The translations under genes and the position numbers were made by a program. Below the pieces are notes generated by a model. It ran no database searches, had not been told where the DNA came from, and saw nothing but the letters and a program-made list of their open reading frames with translations. Below, piece after piece: positions 55,601 to 64,000 of a stretch of DNA of 64,000 bases. Numbering within the stretch: position 1 is the stretch's first letter; each line of letters begins with the position of its first letter. The stretch is from Eukaryota sp. TZLM1-RC (lineage: Eukaryota > Protista > Metamonada: BaSk clade): NCBI GenBank assembly GCA_040285825.1, contig JAUPSS010000003.1, positions 3,348,001 to 3,412,000 on the forward strand, given 5' to 3'.

Positions 55601-58338
55601 TTCGTCCTGGAAAATGAAATCAATTTAAATAATTCAATCCAATGTTCTGGTGTGAATACATCACCTCTAATAACCTTTAATAAATGAAAAGAATTATTAA
55701 AAGTTGAAATTTTAAATTTAATATAGTTGTAAACCGTCGATTTGGTAGTTAACTCACTCAATTTTTGTCTCCAATCAGAAATAAAATCTTCAAACAAATG
55801 TAACTTTGTACGCATTACAAACCACGTCTCTGAACCAAGCTTGTCTAGTTCATTTGAGAATTCCTTAAATAAGTCCCACTGTTTCGCATAGTCTTCAATC
55901 TCATTAAAGGTAGATGAGAGTTCCTCAGTGTCAGGTTTGGGAAGGTCAAAATAGCTTACCTCCACCAATAGCTGCTCCAATTCTTTTTTGAACTGATCAG
56001 CTTCAGTAATCAAGTTTTGACTCGTTTTGATGACCATCTGGACAGAATCTGAATTAGAAACCTCTACTTTTCTCTCCCTTTCCTCTTTCCAAGTGTTGAT
56101 AAATTTATTAGACTTTATTTTGAAAGACTGACATCGAGATTCAACAGTTTGTCTTAAATTAGCTTTCTGCTGAGTCAAAATTTGGTCACTGTGGGCTAAT
56201 TTTTCCTGAAAATTTGACCACTGTGAGAGGAGATCACCGATGTCCACGGTTGATGAATTGACAAGCTTAAGTATTCTATTACGATCATTGATCTCATCCA
56301 ACATATTTGAAAATTTTAAGCTGTCTCTCGTCATTTGTTGTGCTTTTTCTGCTGCTTCACCGATTTCATTTAAACTTTGGGGTTTTCTATCTAAAAAATC
56401 CTGTGAATGAACAATAAATTCAGTAACCTGTGTCTTTAATTCACTAGTATTTCCAATCATAAACCCAATCAAACCCTCTCCCACACTTTTGATCACACCA
56501 TCAGCTGCCGTTTTGAAAGGCGTTAAAGACAGTGAAATCCCGTGATTAACCAAGTTGTCAGGAATCTTGCTGACCAGTTTCCCTTTTGATTTTAACTGTT
56601 TTAAAGCAGACTGCCAGTCAGAAAAACTCTGTAAAACGGGGGAATTCGCACAAACAGCATCTACATCCTGGGTAAGTGCCGGGTTTAACCAATTCTTATA
56701 TTTTGTTACCAAATCCCCAAGAGACTTCATTACTCTTGAAACATATTGATATACACTTAAAAGATAATCTTCACTCTCCCTAAGTAATTGAGTTCTCCTT
56801 TCCTTTTCAAATGAAACCAAACCTTCAAACGACCAGACAAGAGAACAAATTCTGCTAATTTCCTTTAAATATTTCTGTTGCACCTCGAAAATTGAAGGTT
56901 TGAGCTCTACTGATCCATTAATGACGAGTAGTGAGGTGTCAATAGGATCAATAATATGAGGCAACTGAGCTAATGTTCGCTTGAAAGCAACAGAAAAGCA
57001 ACGCCAGAGCTCATTATTCCAATACGCCCTCCACAAGTCAACGTCAAGTCCTTCCTTTTCGCACTGTTTAATAGTAGATTTCACTTCAGAAATAAATGAT
57101 TTCCAATTCTCCTGATTTAAAACTAAATTAGTAGAATAAAGTTTAGTTATTTCCTTGACAAATTTAGTGTGTAGGGTCTTTAAAGAACGAATTCTCTTTT
57201 CTAAATACTTGCTTGCTTGAGTCAATTCAGTCACATAAGTATCCAACTGGGTTGTATTAGACCAGACAATCTGATTTGATTGGTTCTTGGCCTTTCTGAT
57301 TAAATGTTCAAAGTTTTGAGCTGCCTTTAACAACATTGGTTTTTGGCAGGGTATAATTAATGATTTGATATGGTTATAAAAAGAAGCAATTTGTTTCAAT
57401 TCAGATGCCTTTGCATGGTACTGAGCCACACTAAAGGCCAATTCACTAATACTCGAAGGAACTTTATATCCAAGATTGGAAAACTCCCGTGTCTGATCCT
57501 TCAAAGCCAAAGCTTCTTCAGGAAAACAAACGACCAAGCTTCCATCGGTAACGTCAAGTTCCAAAACCTTCCCAGTGATAGACAGAGAGTTGTTGTTGAC
57601 GAGAGTAGTCACAGTCCCAACCCATGAAGAGAACAGATTGTCAGCAAGCTCTTTCGAACTGTTGTAAAGCTCATCAAGAGTTGACGCAAGAGAAGGAAAG
57701 TTTGAACATTGGGAAAGGGAAACGCCAACCAAATCACGAAGCTTCTTGGTTTTGTCTGATAAAGAGTGAAGATATGTTGCCCTGGAAGTATCTGTCGTCG
57801 CATTCTTAAGGGGAGAGACGGTTGGAGAAGAGTGCAGGGAATCAAGAGTCTTGGAGGCAGCATCTGTGAGCATGTCGCATGTTGATTCCAAAGTATGAAT
57901 CAACCCTTTGGATACAGCAGGTCTGGAGAGGAGAGAAGCATATTGAGAGAGCACAATGGTTGCCTGAGAGGGTGAATCTCTGTGAAAATCTACCTTTGAC
58001 TTGAGGGCTGAAACAATGGAAGAATCAACGATAGAAAGGGCGGCATAGAACTTGGACACACGTTTGACAAAAGCATCAGACTCTAGGGAAAACGGGTCGG
58101 TTGAAGTAGAGAAAAGGTATTCTTCAGCTTGGTAGACAGGAGCTGCAGGATTGTTTATAAGTTTGCTGTCTGAGTCAAGAAGAGAATAGATTTGATGGAG
58201 AGTCGAAGAGGCTGTGAGTAACTCAGCTGCACGTTGACGGGCTGAATCATCAGTGAGATGATCATATTTAGATGTGACCAGGGAAGAATCATCAGTTATA
58301 GCCAGCAAGTCAGACCTGCGCAGGAGCGAAGCTGACAT
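46615..58338 (-). CDS. DYNC2H1: Cytoplasmic dynein 2 heavy chain (retrograde IFT motor)
   Basis: 3907 aa from ATG 58338. [77 protein letters not shown]; dynein-2-type tail [10 protein letters not shown]. Confidence 0.95.
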   Translation of the reverse strand: [3907 protein letters not shown]

Positions 58339-58639
58339 TCTTGAAATTAACTGAAAATAAAAATATAATTGAAAAAGCAATCTCAAGCTTTATGATTATT
58401 GGGATAGTACGTGACCAACATTATTGACACACAATTTCATACTTGGTGAAATCATTAGTGGTATCATATACACATATGTATGAATTTTGTTTGAAATTCT
58501 GAAATTGCAATGGAAATCATTAAAATCGCTGCCTGCGTCCCGGAAATTACGCTACCAATTGCCCAACTTTATTCAAAATTTTATTTAAATTTTATTTAAA
58601 TTATTTAAATTAATTAAATTTTTTCAATTTAATCTGTAT

Positions 58640-58785
58640 CAATTTCTTGTCTTCACTTGTTGGTATTGATCCATCCTACCTAAAAGAACATACTTTTTAA
58701 GTGTAAAACAAGGTGGAGTTGGTTTTCAAACAGCAAGAATAATTGTTAAAGCAGCTTTTATTGGTGGAAGGAAAAATATTCCTTA
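58640..58785 (+). mobile_element. Short RLE retrotransposon remnant
   Basis: KQGGVGFQTARIIVKAAFIGGRKN matches the GG(L/V)G..AFIGG motif of families A-D. Confidence 0.6.
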
Positions 58786-59345
58786 GTGTTTCTCCAAACC
58801 TTTTTTTTTGCATTGTGGCTACCATTTGTGAAAATATCAAATCTGAGACATTTTTATGATCCTCTAAGATGAGCTAATTTATTCATCAAGTTGTTTGGAG
58901 ACGTTTGGTTCATCAAAATGAATCTCCAGACACAATCGAAGCTCGTTCTGCTGATGTGTTCACCAAAGCTGTTATTGATTTACAAATAAAACAAGTGAAA
59001 GAGAAAAACGGGCATTTTGAAGTTTTTTGCTTTCCCAACATTCAGGGAAAAACAATTATTTAGTTTTTTATTGCAAGTTTTTAGTCAATCTGTTATCTGT
59101 TTCAGCTGGTTCCTGTTTTACTACTCATTCAATTTCAATAAACGCCCATCATTTAGCATAACTGACTAAACCAATCGAATTGCCATTGGTTTGCATCAAA
59201 ACATTGGAAAATTAGCTGAGGTTGTTGTACTTGCTCCTGTAATTGTTGTACATGCCGAAAGGGTGTATAAAAAAGAGAATAAAAAAGAGAAAGAAAAGTG
59301 TAATTTGTTGTTGTCAAAATTAGACCAAATCAAAATTTTTGTACA

Positions 59346-59419
59346 GTTTCTGTGGTCTAGTTGGTTAGGATATCTGTCTAACACACAGATGGTCCCGAGT
59401 TCGAGTCTCGGCGGAAACA
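59346..59419 (+). tRNA. tRNA-Val(AAC)
   Basis: GTTTCTG/CGGAAAC acceptor stem, D loop AGTTGGTTA, anticodon arm TCTGT-CTAACAC-ACAGA, T arm CCGAG-TTCGAGT-CTCGG. A T run (Pol III terminator) follows directly. Confidence 0.96.
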
Positions 59420-59479
59420 TTTTTAGTATTCGGTCAAAGGAATTTCTTTGACACAGTAATTTTTGATGCACCACATTCT

Positions 59480-62400
59480 CTCCCATCTAGTAAGAGAGAA
59501 CTGCATCTATTTGATGTAAAAGTGTTATCTTGCATCAGGGTGCATGGGCATCCCACTATAATCAACAATTTTCCAATCAATTTTCCATCTCAAGCCCTAG
59601 ACTATCATTACGTATTGGGTCGCCAACCGCTTCGCCTAGGCATTTTGAAGAAGAGACTGGTCCTTCTGTTTCAACTCACCGCAGACCAAGCTTCCATGCA
59701 TTCCTGTTCTGGTGAAGCTCTTACGCTTCCCGAAAATTCGTTTCCACTCCTTTGGAAAGAAGTTCCCTTCCTGAGAATTTTGCTCTCATGGAAGGAAGTA
59801 CCCTACCCAGGATTCTGTTTCTCCGGAAGGAAGAAGCCCTTCTTTTGTTTCATAAGAAGAAGAAGAAGAAAAAGCGGTTCCCGAAACTCAGCCTTCTGCC
59901 TCTCAACTAAAGGGAACTGAAATTCCATCTTCTTCCGCTTTTCAAAGAAGCACTGATATGTGTTCTTCTACGCAAAAAAGCGAGGTAGTTTAGCCTCCTT
60001 TTTCTTCAAGTAGAAGAACTAAAGTTCCACCTTCTACCTCTCAAAAGGATTCTGAAATACCATCCTCTTCCTCCCAACAGCCTCTCTTAGTTCTTACTGT
60101 AAGACGGCCTCTCGACCACCTCCGACGTCCTGTTGTCCCACTTTCAGGATCTCCTATGACTGATTTCACAGTGTCTGGAGTTAATGATCTAAACTTTTCT
60201 CCTCCTCCCGCTAGTGTTTTCACTCCTAGCATCCCAAGAATTTCCACTTATTTTTCTAGAAAACAGAAAAAGACCTACGTTTTTCCCGCCAACACATTCC
60301 TCGTGTACATCACACACATTTCCCAGTCAATCTCAACAATCTTGAGGCCAATTTTTCAACGGGGATGAGCAGAGGACACCTTCCATCTACGGCCCCAGAT
60401 TTGAAAATAATATGGGATTATTGGTCACTCCTAGAATCGGTTCTTACCTGACAGACAAAAGGATTGCTCCTGAAAATACATTAATAGCGGTCATAGAGCG
60501 AGATGGTGTTTCACCGACACTACCTATGGAGAAAGACTCTTTTTATATGATAGACGTTCGGACCATACAACAGTTTTGTTATGTTGTGATGCATCCGACA
60601 TTGCTGTTGGCGGAGTCATTTGGGAACAAGTAGAACCTGTCAATGACCCTAGTACACCCCTAATCAACAGAAAATGTGAGCCAATCAGTTTCTTTAGTCG
60701 TTTGCTGTCTAATTCTCAAAAAAACTGGCCAACTAATCATGGAATCCTACGCAAAATTACTCATGCTTACTCAAAGTGGTTTCGGAAACTGCTGAAAGGG
60801 AAGGAAACTTGTCATATTTACAGACCATCAGCACCTTACCTATGTGTTCGCAGCTCCAGAAAAGAACAGTATTGTAACCAGATGGGTGCCCATTTTCTTT
60901 TAATTTTGCTTCGAATTGGTCCATACCAATGGCGAGGATAATTTTTGGGCAGAGTTGTTGTTTCGATTGATTCCGCCTACAGACGATCATGAGATCAATC
61001 ATTTGTCCCATCAAAACTCTCAAGATTTTGATCCAATATTTTACGTTGATAAAATAAATGGTACAGAAAACGAAAGATACTACATCGAAGACTTAAACAA
61101 CTTTGAACGTATCATGGTCATCAAAGAACGTTGTTCCAACAACCTGCCTATTTTCGTGCCGTGGCTCTGTAGTTTATGGTCCGAACAGAAGCTTGCCATA
61201 GCTTCCAAAGACCTTTCGTTCAACATTTGTATTCATAATGATCAATTTGATCTATTTATGACTCAGAATAAAAAATAGTGATTCCCAAATCGCTGATCAA
61301 GAACACCCTTAACTTGTTTCATGGACTTCTGGAAGTATTCAAGTAAAGCTGAAAGTCTGAACAAGCTCAGAAACAGTGATTACTAGTGGCCAAACATGCT
61401 CACACACATGAATGAGCACGTCCAAGAATGCCCGTCCTGTCAGAAAATGAAGCCAACTCCTAAACTACACGTTCCATAACTGGTTCAATGTAGGCTGACA
61501 GAGTCTTTGCTCGCATCAACGCCGAAGTTATTGGTCCTCTCCCAGTAAATCTAGAAGGCAACAAATACATCCTAGTATTCATTGACAGCTTTTCGAAGTT
61601 TACAATCATCGTACCCACAAAAGAAGTCAATGCCAATCTTACCGCAGATGCATTAAGTTCGAAAGTCTGTGCCATTTTTGGCATTATATCTCAATTACAT
61701 AGTGACAATGGTCGTAAATTCTCAAAACAGTTTTTGAAGAATTGAGCAAGTTTTTGGGCATAGGGATGTCAAAGTCAATTCCCAGGTTGTTTCAGTGCCA
61801 CAATATGGTAGAGCGCCGATCAGAGACGTCCTGCAAATCTTAGGAAATTGCTCGTAGACTTCAATGTCTACGGTGTGTGGACAGAATATTGGCCTTATTG
61901 ATTAGCTCTTCTAAGAGCTCAATAACAAATCACATCCCATCCCAATTAATTTTCGGTTTTGGCGTATTATTCAGGTGCGATCCTGGCAAAATACTTGAAA
62001 TTATTGAGAGCTTAACGTCTGAGTCATCTTTTATCCAAAATATTCAATCTAAATTTTGAAGGTTGAAAATTCAGGAAAAGACAGCATGTTCTCAAGCTTG
62101 CAAGCTTAACAGAACCACAACTCCAAATCCTTTTGAAGTTGGTTAATTGGTATCAAGAGCTTCTAGTTTAACCGCTAAGCTTCATGAAGACTATTTAGGA
62201 CCATTTTTAATTACCCAAATTGTATCTAATTCGTCCGTGAATATTGAAGACCTCTACAATGAACGATTGTCCAAATTAGCGTCAAACAACTTACTTCTTG
62301 GCACTCAAGCCTACCTGTCAATGATGAGTTCCACTCACTGATTGCTGCAGGTGATGTCGAAGAACACATCGTTGAAAAGGTGCTTAGCCAGGACGGTGAC

Positions 62401-62793
62401 TTTTGCCAGGTCCAAAAGCCAGAAAAAGAGATCACCACTGATCAATTGTTTACAGTCAAAAATATTGCAGCGTACCAAAACTTTATTAAGACTTCCAAAA
62501 CACGTCGCCGTACTAAATTTGCTGCTCCCAAGAAGCGCTCCAAGTCTAGTACTTTTTCCACCTGTGACTAGAGCCTTTAGGGCTCGTCGCTTGAAAGAGA
62601 AGAAAGGGCAGTGTTAGTCTTGAATAGTAGTAAATGGCTTTGTATTTATAGTTTATTAGATATATTCCGCCTATTAGTGTAAGAAGAGTGAATACAATTC
62701 CTTTTCGTAATTAATCTCATTACATTTATAAAGTTATGTCAAACACTAACGAGCAAAGAAACTTCAATAATTCAGTATCATGTGTTCCTAACA
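59480..62793 (+). mobile_element. Decayed Ty3/gypsy (chromovirus-like) LTR retrotransposon, RT not seen
   Basis: RNase H CDASDIAVGG..PISFFSRLL, TDHQ; integrase WPNM..CPSCQK, GPLP..YILVFIDSFSKF, SDNG; chromo-like EEHIVEKVL; purine tract before the 3' LTR. The 5' boundary is uncertain. Confidence 0.88.
62612..62793 (+). repeat. 3' LTR (182 bp)
   Basis: TGTTAG...CTAACA perfect terminal inverted ends, preceded by polypurine tract GAAAGAGAAGAAAGGGCAG. Confidence 0.88.
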
Positions 62794-63170
62794 TTTGAAG
62801 GTGTCATAAAAAGTGATCAATTAGTGTGGTAACCTTCAATCAATTTGATCCATATTAATTCTTTAACCCCTGCCTTGAAGGCTATTACTGACATTCATTA
62901 AACCATTTGTCCATTTGCATTTTCCTTGCTACTTGTATCAATTTCTTTGTCATATTAAATGATTTTGTAGTAATTGTAACACAATCTCCAGGAAGAATTT
63001 TCATAAGGTTTATTGGCAATATAATGACTGCTCTTTTGATTTTCAATTCTTAAGGTGTTGTCCCTTTGTTATCTTCTGCTTTGTTATCTGAAGGTCGGTT
63101 CTGTGAGATCTAAACTGCCAAGTGGATTCTTGTGGGCTGATTTGGGATATTTGAATACAGAATTAATGAA
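62794..63170 (+). mobile_element. Heavily decayed family B 3' remnant
   Basis: TGTCCATTTGCA..GATTTTGT..GGAAGAATTTT..AAGGTGTTGTCCCTTTGTTATCTTCTGCTTTG..GCTGATTTGGG matches 13460-13700. Confidence 0.7.
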
Positions 63171-63660
63171 GTTTAAGTTGCATTAGGTATTTTATTGAAA
63201 AATCATTTCTACAAAAACGTGGATATGTAAGTTCCGCAAATCAATGTTTAGTCGTCGAGTTTTTGATCTTGAAAGGCACAAAATGACGTTTTACAAGTTG
63301 GAAACAAGTTTGAAAACCAATCATCAGATCTAGTTCACTCAATCAAATGTTGACTGCACATAACAATGTTTGTGATTGGCTTCAGGCTTTTCCAATAAAT
63401 AATGTGATAATAAATTAAATAAATAGAAAGTTATCTTCAAGAAAAAACTATTGTGTCAAGTGGATGTTTCAATCAGATTTGATTGCTTAATCACGTATCA
63501 AGGTTGGTTAACATAGTCCTTTCACTATCAATAATGGACAGAATGACGACGAACTAACACCTAAATAAACATTAATAGTAAAAAAAATAAAGAAGTGCCA
63601 CGTGTCAACATCACAATAACAGAGAAAAATGTTTTTTATGGTTTTTTTTATTTCGAATAA

Positions 63661-63999
63661 TTAAACCTCCAGTGGTTTCAGTCCCAAAGATAATCGAAGT
63701 GCATTCTCTTTTTCTATTTCAGTTCCTTCTGCTTGGAGGGTGGTTTCCATTGTACTAGTTTCAATAACCACAGTAGACTCGACTTCTTTTTGCACGTCTT
63801 CCTGCGACATAACCTCCAACAGAGGTGTCCTCCTTGGTGGTAATCCTAGGTTGGAGCGTGAAGGAAGGTAAGGGAGCGAAACGTCAAATAATCTATTCGA
63901 TGTTAATAGTGCATGGGACAGCTCATCAATGTGCATGATATCCCAGCCGTAGGAGAAACGGACACGGAGCTTACGGAAATCAGAGTAGAATTGGTCTAA
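63661..63999 (-). CDS. PRP38: Pre-mRNA splicing factor PRP38, 3' part (runs off the window)
   Basis: LDQFYSDFRKLR..MHIDEL..LL..RLFDVSLPYL..EIEKENALRLSLGLKPL. Confidence 0.85.
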   Translation of the reverse strand, partial: LDQFYSDFRKLRVRFSYGWDIMHIDELSHALLTSNRLFDVSLPYLPSRSNLGLPPRRTPLLEVMSQEDVQKEVESTVVIETSTMETTLQAEGTEIEKENALRLSLGLKPLEV

Positions 64000-64000
64000 C

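Noticed and set aside
46695-57863. Small antisense or alternate-frame ORFs within dynein and other long genes
   Set aside because: Shadow ORFs of long coding sequences with no independent motifs.

Overview
AT-rich eukaryotic nuclear DNA using the standard code. It is intron-poor, with tiny 28-34 nt GT-AG introns. IFT38 and dynein-2 imply a flagellated protist, and a bacterial-type amino-acid racemase hints at an anaerobe (inference). Host genes: VPS11, CLUAP1/IFT38, a TPP1/Est3-like OB-fold protein, parvulin PIN4, two LRR proteins, an intron-containing ornithine/alanine racemase, an ELG1/ATAD5-like AAA+ protein, a 4-exon tristetraprolin-like gene missed by the ORF track, a divergent Rab7-like GTPase, a TPR+IQ protein, SLBP, DYNC2H1, tRNA-Val(AAC) and the 3' part of PRP38. 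The spacers are packed with mobile DNA: at least four related families (A-D) of CRE-like restriction-like-endonuclease (RLE) non-LTR retrotransposons, a deleted MULE, a decayed chromovirus-like Ty3/gypsy element beside the tRNA, and very short solo LTRs. The best candidate for a novel system is at 23.8-25.9 kb. There, a 963-bp tandem duplication carries the 3' part of a decayed Fanzor1 (eukaryotic TnpB-like RNA-guided nuclease) plus a hairpin-rich non-coding tail. The tail is identical in both copies (candidate omega RNA) and abuts the promoter of the laterally acquired racemase. All protein calls come from motif recognition by eye; no searches were run.
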